Notes: generated by a model from the sequence alone, not told the origin. A stretch of 64,000 nt of DNA from Minisyncoccota bacterium (GCA_023142995.1 JAGLIM010000006.1:32577-96576); one strand, 5' to 3'. Counted from the first letter of the stretch, positions 38,367 through 48,653 are shown. Numbers and translations: made by a program.

Positions 38367-38503
38367 TGGTTGGTAAAAAATTTTCAATTTTCAATTTACA
38401 ATTTCCAATCAATTTTCAATTAAATAATTTTCAAATAAATATATGGAAATAATTGGAAATTAGAAACATTGTTTATGTACAACTTTATATATCAAATTAA
38501 CCT

Positions 38504-38887
38504 ATGTTCGATAAAAAAACAAAAAACATTATCATTCTCTGGTTTCCAGTATTTATTTGTTGTGCAATTATCTATTATCTCTCTGCAATTCCAAATTTAA
38601 GATCAGATCTGCCAAATCAATGGGATTTTATTTTAAGAAAAATTGCGCATATGGCAGAATATGGGATTTTAACTGCTTTTATTTTTAGAGCTTATTTAAA
38701 AAGCAATGGATTTACAGTAAAAAAATCAATTTCTTTTGCAATAATATTTGCTCTAACCTATGCTTTTACCGATGAATATCATCAAACATTTGTTTTTGGC
38801 AGACAAGGCAGTTTAAATGACGTATTTATTGATAGTTTAGGTATATTTTTTATAGCGTTTCTAATTTACAAAAAAGTGAAAAAATGA
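38504..38887 (+). CDS. VanZ family membrane protein
   Basis: RKIAHMAEY, DEYHQTFV.GR, DVFID. Confidence 0.9.
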   Translation: MFDKKTKNIIILWFPVFICCAIIYYLSAIPNLRSDLPNQWDFILRKIAHMAEYGILTAFIFRAYLKSNGFTVKKSISFAIIFALTYAFTDEYHQTFVFGRQGSLNDVFIDSLGIFFIAFLIYKKVKK

Positions 38888-38972
38888 TAAAGTTAAAATA
38901 GATAAGGGTTGTAAACTTAGAATTTGAAATATAAAATAAATATTCTAAATTCTAAATTCTAAATTCTGTTGT

Positions 38973-40040
38973 ATGTTTTCATTTGAAAATCCATTATTAG
39001 TAATTGAAATAAGTAGAGTATTCGCAATTTTGGCGATATCATTTACTGTTGCAATGTTAGCAACTCCGCTACTTACTCATTTTTTGTATAAATATAAAAT
39101 TGGTAAACAAATCAGAGATGATGGTAGTTCACCTGTTTTTTCTGCACTTCACAAGAAGAAAGTTGGAACACCGACGATGGGGGGACTTTTGATTTGGATC
39201 ATCGTTCCGTCTCTAGCAATTTTGTTTTGGTTCTTTTCAACTATTACTGATAATTTTGTTATAAATAGCATGAACTTTCTTGATCGAGCTCATACTTATC
39301 TACCTTTAGGAATTCTTGTTTTAGCTGGGTTAGTTGGAGCTTTAGATGATATTATGGGTGTTTTTAAAATTGGTCCAAAAGGTGGAGGGCTTGGAATAAA
39401 GGAAAGAATTTTGTTATATACTTTTGTAGCGACGATCGGAGCCTTTTGGTTTTATTTTAAACTGAACTGGGATATGGTGCATATTCCTGCAGTTGGTGAT
39501 TTTTTTATTGGACTTTGGTATATCCCGCTTTTTATTTTTATAATTGTAGCAACTTCGTTTTCTTTGAACGAAACGGATGGTTTAGATGGATTGGCAGGCG
39601 GAGTTACTTTGCCAGCTTTTGGTGTTTTTGGAGCAATTGCTTTCGCGCAGGGGAATGTTGAGCTTGCGATGTTTTGCGCCGCGATAGTTGGAACACTACT
39701 TGCTTTTTTATGGTTCAATGTCTATCCAGCAAGATTCTATATGGGAGATACTGGTTCTATGGCGCTGGGTGTGACTTTAGGTGTGGTTGCGATGCTGACT
39801 AATTCGTTTTTGATATTGCCTTTTGTTTGTTTTATTTTAGTTATTGAATCTCTTTCGGTCATTATTCAGTTAACTTCAAAAAAATTCAGAGGTAAAAAAG
39901 TTTTTAAAAGTGCGCCGATTCATCATCATTTTGAAGCGATTGGTTGGCCAGAATGCAAAGTAACAATGAGATTTTGGATCATTGCTTGGGTGATGGCGGC
40001 AATTGGGTTGGTAATCGGACTGATTGGAATGGGGAAGTAA
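38973..40040 (+). CDS. mraY: Phospho-N-acetylmuramoyl-pentapeptide transferase
   Basis: K.GTPTMGG, LDD, NETDGLDGL, YMGDTGS, APIHHHFE. Confidence 0.95.
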   Translation: MFSFENPLLVIEISRVFAILAISFTVAMLATPLLTHFLYKYKIGKQIRDDGSSPVFSALHKKKVGTPTMGGLLIWIIVPSLAILFWFFSTITDNFVINSMNFLDRAHTYLPLGILVLAGLVGALDDIMGVFKIGPKGGGLGIKERILLYTFVATIGAFWFYFKLNWDMVHIPAVGDFFIGLWYIPLFIFIIVATSFSLNETDGLDGLAGGVTLPAFGVFGAIAFAQGNVELAMFCAAIVGTLLAFLWFNVYPARFYMGDTGSMALGVTLGVVAMLTNSFLILPFVCFILVIESLSVIIQLTSKKFRGKKVFKSAPIHHHFEAIGWPECKVTMRFWIIAWVMAAIGLVIGLIGMGK

Positions 40041-40079
40041 GTTGAAAGTTTAAAGGTAATAATTCTAAAAATAAAAACT

Positions 40080-40709
40080 ATGGAAAAAGAATCCTTATCA
40101 GCGTCAATGCTAAAACTAATTTTAGCGATTAGTCTAATTGTTGGAATTGGAGCGGTAATTGGTGTTTTGGGATATTTTTTGACAATGTCGAAAAGTGAGG
40201 TTGTGATTAATATCGATGTAGAAAAAAAGGTTATAAAAGATGAAGAAATGATTCAAGATGAAACTGTCGATTGGAAAATTTATAGGAATGAGGAGTATGG
40301 ATTTGAATTTGAATATCCAGAGAAATGGATTGCAAACAAACATGAGATTATTTCTAATAAAATATATTTAGCAAGTTCAGATATTGTTAATAAAGAATCA
40401 GGCGATACGCCGAATTCAATGGAGATTATGATATATAAAAATATAAACGAACTTGATTATAAAAATATTGGCTTAATTAATTTAAATGATTATTTGGACA
40501 AATATTCAAATATTTCCGATCCTCCGATAAGAAACGTAGAACCTTTTAGTGTCAAAAGCTTATCAGGGTATTATGCTGATGTTAGAGATTTTGGAGGTGG
40601 TAAAAATTATTATATTCAAACAAGTAATTATATTTATGTAATAAGATTTTCTATTAGTGAAAAAGTAATCAATCAAATTCTTTCCACTTTCAAGTTTATA
40701 GAAGAATAA
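40080..40709 (+). CDS. Membrane-anchored PsbP-like domain protein
   Basis: TM helix; DWKIYRNEEYGFEFEYP..QILSTFKF. Confidence 0.7.
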   Translation: MEKESLSASMLKLILAISLIVGIGAVIGVLGYFLTMSKSEVVINIDVEKKVIKDEEMIQDETVDWKIYRNEEYGFEFEYPEKWIANKHEIISNKIYLASSDIVNKESGDTPNSMEIMIYKNINELDYKNIGLINLNDYLDKYSNISDPPIRNVEPFSVKSLSGYYADVRDFGGGKNYYIQTSNYIYVIRFSISEKVINQILSTFKFIEE

Positions 40710-40744
40710 AAAATGTAAAAATAAATATTCATAATTCAAAATTC

Positions 40745-42325
40745 ATGCTAGATATATTAATAAAAAATGGAACCGTAATTGATGGAACTGGTTCAAAAAG
40801 TTCTATTGTTGATGTTGGGATAGAGAAAGAAAAGATAACTATTTTTGAAAAAACAAAAGAAGTTGAAGCAGGTGAGATCATAGATGCTACTGGAAAGATC
40901 GTTTGTCCAGGATTTATTGATATCCTTGATCATTCAGATAATTTTTGGACTATTTTTACAATACCTAGATTAGATAGTAAAGTCACAGATGGTGTAACAA
41001 CAATAATTGGTGGTAATTGTGGAACATCACTTGCTCCAATATTAGGTGAAGGTTCTATTGAATCTATGAGAAAATGGGTAGATATAGGGAACATAAATAT
41101 AAATTGGGACAGAATGAGTAGCTTATTCTCTGAATTGCATAAAAAAGATATAGGTCTTAATTTTGGAACTTTAGTTGGACATGAGACATTAAGGCGAGGA
41201 TTAATGGGAGATCAAATAAGAAAAATTACTGGAGATGAGATCAAAATGATCATGAGAGTGCTTTTAGAAAGCTTAGAAGATGGAGCTTTCGGATTATCTA
41301 CTGGACTTGTTTTTTCACATGCTCGTATGGCGACTATTGAAGAAATAAGGAGTATTGTACGAATATTAAAAGCTAGTAATTCTTTTTATGCGAGTCATAT
41401 TAGAGGTGAATCAGAAGAATTGTTACCTAGTGTCAATGAAACAATTCAAATTGGAAGACGGACAGGAGTACCAATTCAAATATCGCACTTAAAGGCCGTT
41501 GGAGAAAAATATTGGTCTGATATGCAAAAAGCTATAAAAATGATAGATATAGCTAATGAAGAAGGAATTGATATTAACTTTGATGTGTATCCATATGACA
41601 CTACCGGATCAGTATTATATATTCTGCTTCCTGATTGGGTTTCTCAAGGAGGTAGAAAGAAAATGATGCAAAGATTAAAAAATATGGAATTAAGAAATAA
41701 GATTATAAAAGAGATGAGAGGAATGAACTATGATTATAAAAATATTATTGTTTCTATATGTCCAAGACTTAAAGAAGCCGTTGGTAGAAAAATCACTGAT
41801 CTTGCTGTAAGTCAAGAAATTAGTCCAGAAGAGGCTATAATTGAATTATTAATTAGCGCAAATGGTCATGTAGTTGTGTTTAATGGGGGAATATTAAGTG
41901 AAGATAATATTAAGTTATCTTTGCAAAGTCCATATTCAATCATATCATCGGCAGATGCTGCATATAATACTGAATATGCAAGAACAGGAGAGCTTGTTCA
42001 TCCAAGATGTTTCGGAACTTTTTCTAGGGTTTTAGGAAGATATGTAAGAGAACAGAAGGTTTTAAGTTTAGAAAGCGCTATTAAGAAGATGACCTCTGAT
42101 CCAGCTAAAAAAATTGGACTAAAAAATAGAGGTATCTTAAAAAAAGATTTTTATGCAGATGTTGTTGTATTTGATGAAAATAAGATTATAGACAAAGCTA
42201 ATTTTGAAAATCCTTATCAATATTCTCAAGGTATTGAACATGTAATTATTAATGGAAAGTTAGTTATAAATAAAGGTAAGCATACGGGTGAGTTGGCGGG
42301 GAAGGTTTTAAAAAAGACAGGTTAG
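40745..42325 (+). CDS. N-acyl-D-amino-acid deacylase family amidohydrolase
   Basis: PGFID, GVTT..GNCG, GLSTGL, SHIR, ISHLK, DVYPY, HPR.FGTF; first metal His of HxH absent (IDILDHSD). Confidence 0.85.
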   Translation: MLDILIKNGTVIDGTGSKSSIVDVGIEKEKITIFEKTKEVEAGEIIDATGKIVCPGFIDILDHSDNFWTIFTIPRLDSKVTDGVTTIIGGNCGTSLAPILGEGSIESMRKWVDIGNININWDRMSSLFSELHKKDIGLNFGTLVGHETLRRGLMGDQIRKITGDEIKMIMRVLLESLEDGAFGLSTGLVFSHARMATIEEIRSIVRILKASNSFYASHIRGESEELLPSVNETIQIGRRTGVPIQISHLKAVGEKYWSDMQKAIKMIDIANEEGIDINFDVYPYDTTGSVLYILLPDWVSQGGRKKMMQRLKNMELRNKIIKEMRGMNYDYKNIIVSICPRLKEAVGRKITDLAVSQEISPEEAIIELLISANGHVVVFNGGILSEDNIKLSLQSPYSIISSADAAYNTEYARTGELVHPRCFGTFSRVLGRYVREQKVLSLESAIKKMTSDPAKKIGLKNRGILKKDFYADVVVFDENKIIDKANFENPYQYSQGIEHVIINGKLVINKGKHTGELAGKVLKKTG

Positions 42326-42364
42326 TTTTATTTTAATTTCTTCTTAATTTCTAAAATTAAAATT

Positions 42365-42685
42365 ATGCTTGAATCAATTTATTTATCAATTCTTCTCGCT
42401 GGTTTTGGAGGTGGAGCAGTCAGAGGTTTAGTTGGTTTTACTAAACATCAATTTTCTTATAAAAATGTTGGGTTTAATCTGCCTTATTTTGTTGCAATGA
42501 TGCTTATTTCTGGAGTTACTGGTCTTTTATCTGCTATTGTTGTTAGGGAGCTTGGTATAACTTTTTTAGAATTAGACTATACTCCAGCAGTAGCTTTTAT
42601 TGTTGGTTATGCTGGTGGTGATTTTCTGGAAAATCTCTATAAGATCATTATTAAAGAACCTTCGATTTACAAGATTAAAAAATAA
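42365..42685 (+). CDS. Small membrane protein
   Basis: Three Gly-rich hydrophobic helices. Confidence 0.65.
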   Translation: MLESIYLSILLAGFGGGAVRGLVGFTKHQFSYKNVGFNLPYFVAMMLISGVTGLLSAIVVRELGITFLELDYTPAVAFIVGYAGGDFLENLYKIIIKEPSIYKIKK

Positions 42686-42777
42686 TAGTAATAATTTAAA
42701 GTATAACGAAGTTCAATTTACATCCTAATGTAGAGACGTAGCAGTGCTACGTCTATATAAGGTATAAAATTGTTTTT

Positions 42778-43791
42778 ATGGATGATAGTGATAAGATAAA
42801 TAATATTATAGAAAATTTAAGAGAACAAGATCAGCAAAATTATGGTGTTGCTGTTTTTGATATTGATTCAAAAATTGTAAAAAACAGTATTGTAGTTTTT
42901 GGAAAAGTTTTAACGTATAGTCAGAAAGATCAAGTCTCAGAATTGGCAAAAAAACAAAAAATAAAAATTACTTCCGACAGAATAAAAGTTTTAAGTGATT
43001 CTAGCAAAAGATATGAAATCAATTGGGCTGTTGTAAAAGACGCAGTGACAGATCTGAAATTGCGATTTGTTTCTAATAGAATAGTAAATGAAAAAATATT
43101 AAAAAGGATCAGATGTTCACAGGCGTTTAAGGGTGAGATCTTGAGAGTTTTATATAAAAATGAAGATCAACTATTAGTCCAGCAGAATGATCTGACATTA
43201 GGATGGGTGGACAGAAAAGATGTGATTTTAAAGAAAATTAGCTCTTCCCATGATAAAGCCTGCCCTGAGCGAGAGTCGAATGGGGGGAGGTTGGGAGGGG
43301 TTAGAAAACGCAGAAAATTAGGTTTATATAAAAAATGGAAGAGCGGCAATTTTGTGATTAAAGGTAAAGTGATAATTGCAAAAAAGTTCCACAGCCCTAG
43401 CGGGACTATGGAACTAACATCTAAAATCATCAGAGAAGCAGAAAAATATATAGGTACAAAATATCTTCTTGGCGGGAAAACTAAAAATGGAATTGATTGT
43501 TCTGGATTAGTTCAAGTCGTTTATAAGAATTCTTTAAATATAATTTTACCAAAACATTCGTGGGATCAAAAAGAGATTGGAGAAAAGTTGAAATTAGAGA
43601 ATATAAAGACTGGTGATCTAGTATTTTTGATAAAAAAAAGCAACAAGCATAAGCATGTTGGAATTGTGAAAAAAAATAAAGATATAAATTTAATTCATGC
43701 TTCATTTGATAAAAAGAAAGTTGTTGAGCAAAACTTAGATAAAGTTTTTGAAAAATACGATTTTGTAGAAGTGAGGAGGATAGTGAAATAG
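42778..43791 (+). CDS. NlpC/P60 peptidase with SH3-like domain (YkfC-like)
   Basis: YLLGG..GIDCSGL, GDLVF, HVGI, IHAS; two palindromic inserts in frame. Confidence 0.88.
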   Translation: MDDSDKINNIIENLREQDQQNYGVAVFDIDSKIVKNSIVVFGKVLTYSQKDQVSELAKKQKIKITSDRIKVLSDSSKRYEINWAVVKDAVTDLKLRFVSNRIVNEKILKRIRCSQAFKGEILRVLYKNEDQLLVQQNDLTLGWVDRKDVILKKISSSHDKACPERESNGGRLGGVRKRRKLGLYKKWKSGNFVIKGKVIIAKKFHSPSGTMELTSKIIREAEKYIGTKYLLGGKTKNGIDCSGLVQVVYKNSLNIILPKHSWDQKEIGEKLKLENIKTGDLVFLIKKSNKHKHVGIVKKNKDINLIHASFDKKKVVEQNLDKVFEKYDFVEVRRIVK

Positions 43792-43844
43792 AAAATATGA
43801 AATTTTTACATAAAAAAGGAAACTAACCTGGGGCTAGTTTCAGC

Positions 43845-44183
43845 TCAAAATCTTATGAGCGCAAGTTGTTCTTCAATTATTTCTATTTCGATAAAAGGAC
43901 TACCATATGTTCCTTTTAACAATAGTACTTTACCTTTTGAAATCTTTCTTGTAAATGCTTTGATCGTTTTATTGACCGATAGCTTTACTTTCATTCCGCC
44001 TTTTCTCATTTCAGCATTTTCAATAACAAATTCATCATTTTCTGTTATTATCTTTCCATTTGATATTTCTATTAGCGGATTCTTTCTGAGAACAAAAAAG
44101 TGACAGTTGTTTTCAGGTAGCTTTTCAGTAATAAATTCTAGAGCGTCCATTACTGTTTTTAGGTCAATTTTTATTTCATACAT
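43845..44183 (-). CDS. Orphan hypothetical protein
   Basis: AGGAG SD upstream; convergent hairpin at 43820-43842. Confidence 0.6.
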   Translation of the reverse strand: MYEIKIDLKTVMDALEFITEKLPENNCHFFVLRKNPLIEISNGKIITENDEFVIENAEMRKGGMKVKLSVNKTIKAFTRKISKGKVLLLKGTYGSPFIEIEIIEEQLALIRF

Positions 44184-44228
44184 GAGCTATTTCTCCTATT
44201 ATTCAAAACCTATCATAAATATAAACAT

Positions 44229-45764
44229 ATGTCAATATCAAATCAACTCAATCAATACAAGAATAAAAACATTCATATTGTCGGGATCGGTGGGGCGGAG
44301 GGAAGTGCAATCGCGGAGTTTTTAGTGTCTCAGGGAGTCTCTTCGGTCACTGGACATGATTTTTCTTCTAAAGCGGATTTCAAAAAAACTTTTTATAATA
44401 CTCATTTAAGTCTAAAACCAAAAGAAAGAGAAGGAGCATTAGATCATCTTTTGGATTTGCCTATTAGAATGAATTTTAAAGGTCATTATTTGGAAGGAAT
44501 TGACCAAGCGGATATGGTTTTTGTTTCGCAAGTTTGGTTTAAATACCCGCAAAATATGCCGATTTTAGAGAATTTGAAAGATAATGGAGTTCCATTCAAG
44601 ACTATTACTAATTTATATTTTGAACTAGCGCCATGTCCCATTATTTCTGTAACAGGAACAAACGGCAAGACAACGACAGCGAGATTAATCAATAGTATTT
44701 TTAATGCTTGGGGGGTTAAAGTCTTTTTCGCTGGGAACGATCGTCAAAATGTTCAGGTTCTAAATAGGCTTAATGAAATGAAAAAAGAAGATATTTTAAT
44801 TCTTGAAACAAGTAGTACTCAACTATTATTAAACTCTGAAATAAGTCCGTATATTGGAGTTATCACAAATATTACACCTAATCATATTGATGATCATGGC
44901 AGTTTTGAAAATTATATTGAAGCAAAAAAGAATTTGATTAGGTATCAAAAGAAAGGGGATTTTGCGGTTTTAAACGAAAAGTTGAAAGTTTATAAAGTAC
45001 ATAAAGCTATAAAGTCAAGGATATTTTGGTTTAGTGGAAAAAAAGAGTTGGAAGAAGGGTGTTTTGTAAAAAATGGGAAGATTATGATAAGAGAAAATGA
45101 TAAATGCAGGTTTGCAAAAAATCTCCACATCAACACACCCCTAGCCCCTCTCAAGAGGGGAATCGAGATAATGAAGCCAGCAATTGTTTGTAATATAGAT
45201 GATATAAAAATTCCAGGCAAGCATAATCTTGAAAATGTTTTATCGGCAGTTTCTGTTACTTATCTTTATGGTGTAGATTCGAAAATAATAAAAAAAGGCA
45301 TATCAGAATATACCGGTATAAAGCATAGATTAAAACTTCTTTACAATATAGATAGAATCAAATATTATGATGATACACAAGCTACCACTCCTGAGGCGAC
45401 AATTGCGGGTATTGGTTCTTTTGATGGTGATATAATATTGCTTGCAGGTGGAGATAATAAGGGAATGAATTATAAAGAATTGGCGGAGAAAATTAATGAT
45501 AAAGTGAAATTTCTGATGTTATTTTCTGGTAATGCTTCAGATGAAATTGAAGAGTTGATTGATAAAGATAAAGTAGATTTTATAAGAGTGAAAGATTTTG
45601 CTAATGCAATTGAAGAATTAAAAAAATATTATAAAAAAACTGATCCTATAAAAAACGGTACAGTCTTAATTTCTCCCGCGGCAGCTTATTTTTATTCAAA
45701 ATTTGTAGAAAATTCGGGAAAGAGTTTAAGAGAATGGATCAAATCAGTATCTAGTATCAAGTAG
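44229..45764 (+). CDS. murD: MurD-like Mur ligase (divergent)
   Basis: VTGTNGKTTT, ETSS.QL, NITPNH, HNLEN, HRL, LAGG..KG, ISPA. Confidence 0.8.
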   Translation: MSISNQLNQYKNKNIHIVGIGGAEGSAIAEFLVSQGVSSVTGHDFSSKADFKKTFYNTHLSLKPKEREGALDHLLDLPIRMNFKGHYLEGIDQADMVFVSQVWFKYPQNMPILENLKDNGVPFKTITNLYFELAPCPIISVTGTNGKTTTARLINSIFNAWGVKVFFAGNDRQNVQVLNRLNEMKKEDILILETSSTQLLLNSEISPYIGVITNITPNHIDDHGSFENYIEAKKNLIRYQKKGDFAVLNEKLKVYKVHKAIKSRIFWFSGKKELEEGCFVKNGKIMIRENDKCRFAKNLHINTPLAPLKRGIEIMKPAIVCNIDDIKIPGKHNLENVLSAVSVTYLYGVDSKIIKKGISEYTGIKHRLKLLYNIDRIKYYDDTQATTPEATIAGIGSFDGDIILLAGGDNKGMNYKELAEKINDKVKFLMLFSGNASDEIEELIDKDKVDFIRVKDFANAIEELKKYYKKTDPIKNGTVLISPAAAYFYSKFVENSGKSLREWIKSVSSIK

Positions 45765-45831
45765 TAAGTATTAAGCAAAATTAGTATTAAATATCAGGCT
45801 TGATACTTAATACTAGCTACTTAATACTAAT

Positions 45832-45984
45832 TTATTTTTCCTCTTCAATAAGTTCCAATTCAACTGGATCTGTTGAGATAACTTCGTGTTCTGCTCCACA
45901 GGCAGAACAAACTAAAACATCTCCTATATCTGGCATTTCTTCGTCAATTGGAATTGGAGCTCCGCAATCTTGGCAATTTGTCAT
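45832..45984 (-). CDS. LysW/ArgW-like acidic zinc-ribbon protein, 50 aa (absent from ORF track)
   Basis: MTNCQDCGAPIPIDEEMPDIGDVLVCSACGAEHEVISTDPVELELIEEEK. Confidence 0.85.
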   Translation of the reverse strand: MTNCQDCGAPIPIDEEMPDIGDVLVCSACGAEHEVISTDPVELELIEEEK

Positions 45985-46066
45985 ATGTTTGGCTTAATTA
46001 TTAATTTTACTTAAATTATAGTTTATTATAGAAAATATGCAATATCTTAGATTAAAATAATTTTAA

Positions 46067-47113
46067 ATGTCAAACTTTCAAAATAAAATCAATAAAAATA
46101 AAAAAGGCATCTGGCGATATGCTGATTTTTATGATGAGTTTGTAAAACAGGAGAATAGATTAAGTTTAGACAGCAATGAAAGCAGAGATTCTGTAGGTGC
46201 TAAGCACCTACAGAATATGAAGAATTTATATTTTAAGCGAGAAGATGAGAATAAGTGTGGGTCGTTGAAAGAGAGAAGTCTTGCTTATCAAGTTTCACTT
46301 GCCAAGCAAAGCAAAAAGAAAGAATTAGTGATTTCAACTTCTGGTAATGCAGGGATCGCAGCAGCAGCATATTGCCAGAAAACTGGAATAAAATTATATA
46401 TTTTTGTATCTCCTGAAACTGAAAAAGCAAAAATTGTGGAGATGCAAAAATATAATCCAATAATAATAAAATCGTTTCGAGCAATGCGATTGGCAAACTA
46501 CTTAGCGGCAAAGTATAAAATAGAAAATCTAAGACCATCTCTTAATAATTCATCAATAGAAGGATTTAAGTCAATCGCATTTGAAATATTTGAAGATTTA
46601 GGCGAGGTGGACGCGGTTTTTACATATGTTACAAGTGGAAGTTCGTTTATTGGAATTGGTAGGGCATATAAATATCTTTTAGAAAGTAGTGAAATTAAAA
46701 AATTGCCAAAACTATTTACTGTTCAGAGCGGAGAGATATTTTCTATTGCATCTGAATTTGAAGAAATTCAAAAACAAAGATCAATAGCTGGTAGGTTAGG
46801 AGTAAAAAATACTAGACGGAAAAAAGAAATTTTAGAATTAATAAAACTAAGTGGTGGAAGTGGGATATATGTGAGTGACGAAGAAATTGATAAAGCTAAA
46901 AACATTTTAGAAAATAATAATATTTATACCTCTTTTGAAGGTTGCGCGAGTTTTGCGGGAATAAAAACTGTGACTGAAAAAAATAAATTTAATAAAGTTG
47001 TTTGTATTCTTTCGGGGAAGCTTAGAGAAAAAACTGATAAAATTGATGAAAGTAGGATCTATAAAGCAGAGAATTTTGAAGAAGTGGATGAAATAGTTGA
47101 GTTAAAAAAATAA
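46067..47113 (+). CDS. Fold-type II PLP enzyme, threonine synthase-like
   Basis: IWRY, LYFKRE..GSLKER, STSGNAG, EGFKSIAFEI, CILSG. Confidence 0.85.
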   Translation: MSNFQNKINKNKKGIWRYADFYDEFVKQENRLSLDSNESRDSVGAKHLQNMKNLYFKREDENKCGSLKERSLAYQVSLAKQSKKKELVISTSGNAGIAAAAYCQKTGIKLYIFVSPETEKAKIVEMQKYNPIIIKSFRAMRLANYLAAKYKIENLRPSLNNSSIEGFKSIAFEIFEDLGEVDAVFTYVTSGSSFIGIGRAYKYLLESSEIKKLPKLFTVQSGEIFSIASEFEEIQKQRSIAGRLGVKNTRRKKEILELIKLSGGSGIYVSDEEIDKAKNILENNNIYTSFEGCASFAGIKTVTEKNKFNKVVCILSGKLREKTDKIDESRIYKAENFEEVDEIVELKK

Positions 47114-47273
47114 AATAGAAAATAATAGATTAGAATATTAAATCATAAATCCAAAATTATAAATTCCAAATAAATCCAAAATTCAAATGTTCAAAATTTT
47201 AAACTGTTTTTGATTTTGGTTATTGTAATTTATTTGTTATTTGATATTTTGAATTTGTAATTTAATTAATAAG

Positions 47274-48653
47274 ATGACCAGTAATTATAAAAAAAATAAA
47301 AAATTACTAAATGCCAAACAGGTTGGTTCTATATTTTTTGTTACTCCAAATCCGAATCGTGGTATTGGACTTGAAGAAGAAATAAAAGACTACCATATAA
47401 TATGTTCACAGAAGACTGATCTGGTTGATTGTTTAAAAAATGAAAAAATATCTATTTTATGTCTTGACGATGATAATATAAAAAGTTCAGGAAAATTGTT
47501 AGAGAGTAAAAAAGTTCTAGATTATATAAAAAAGCAGTCAAAACAAAAAACAGCAAATATAATTACTTTTAAACCAAGTCCAAAAATTCATAAAATTTGT
47601 AAAGATAATGGTTTTAGGTATTTAGGAAATGATTGGAGATTAAACAGAAAACTTGAAGATAAAGTTGAGTTTGTAGATATAACCAATAGATTAAAGATCC
47701 CAAATGCAAAAAGCAGGATAATCAAAATAGAGGATCAGGAAAGATTTAAGGATAAATTCAATTTTAAGAATAAAAATAAGTATGTTATCCAACTTCCAAG
47801 AGGATATTCAGGGAATTCTACTTTTTTAATTGAGAATAAAAATGATCTAGAAAAGATAGTTGAAAAATATGAAAATAGGATTGTTAAATTTTCAAAGTAC
47901 ATAGAAGGTGATGCTTATACTCTTAATGTTTGTGTTGGAAACTTTGGCATAGTTGTAAGCCAACTAATCTATCAGATCACAGGTTTGACTTTATTCAATA
48001 AGAATCAACTTGGAACTTCTGGGAATGATTACGTATATAGCGAAAGATTAAGTAGTATCGAAAAGAAAAGGATATTTAATTACACAAAAAAAATAGGTAA
48101 ATATATGGCGCAGTTAGGATATCAAGGAATTTTTGGTCTTGATCTTATAATTGATAAAAATGATGTTAATCTAATAGAGATTAATCCAAGATTTGTTGGT
48201 TCAATTCCAGCGTTTACAAAGCTTCAACTTCAAAATCAAGAAGTATCTTTTTTATTCTTACATCTATCTGAGTTTTTGGGTCTCAATGTCGATTCAGAAC
48301 TATTACTAGAAGATCTTTCTTATGAGAAATGGAACAAACAGAATATTTTTAGTTTTTCTCAATTAGTTTTAAGAAATACTAAAGATGTTCCAATAAAAAT
48401 CGTAGAACCAATGGTATCTGGTGTTTATAAATTCGATCAGGATAAGTTGATTTTGAAAAACAAAACTTATAATTTTAAGAATTTGAATGATAAAGAAGTT
48501 CTAGTTCAATGTTTAAAGAAAAATAGTATTGTAAGTCCTGATACAGAATATGCTAATATTCAATTTGGATATGGTATAATAGAACATAATCATATTAAAA
48601 AAGAATATAAAAAAATAGTTGAAACGATATTAAATAATATACAGTTAAAATAA
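47274..48653 (+). CDS. ATP-grasp domain ligase
   Basis: EDK..F, QLPRGYSG, GND, GYQGIFGLD, IEINPRF. Confidence 0.85.
   Translation: MTSNYKKNKKLLNAKQVGSIFFVTPNPNRGIGLEEEIKDYHIICSQKTDLVDCLKNEKISILCLDDDNIKSSGKLLESKKVLDYIKKQSKQKTANIITFKPSPKIHKICKDNGFRYLGNDWRLNRKLEDKVEFVDITNRLKIPNAKSRIIKIEDQERFKDKFNFKNKNKYVIQLPRGYSGNSTFLIENKNDLEKIVEKYENRIVKFSKYIEGDAYTLNVCVGNFGIVVSQLIYQITGLTLFNKNQLGTSGNDYVYSERLSSIEKKRIFNYTKKIGKYMAQLGYQGIFGLDLIIDKNDVNLIEINPRFVGSIPAFTKLQLQNQEVSFLFLHLSEFLGLNVDSELLLEDLSYEKWNKQNIFSFSQLVLRNTKDVPIKIVEPMVSGVYKFDQDKLILKNKTYNFKNLNDKEVLVQCLKKNSIVSPDTEYANIQFGYGIIEHNHIKKEYKKIVETILNNIQLK

Noticed and set aside
45800-45997. Plus-strand 65-aa ORF
   Set aside because: Shadow of the LysW-like gene on the minus strand
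46067-47113. Ordinary threonine or lysine biosynthesis operon
   Set aside because: No homoserine kinase, aspartokinase or LysZ/Y/J/K genes nearby; cannot be excluded outside the window
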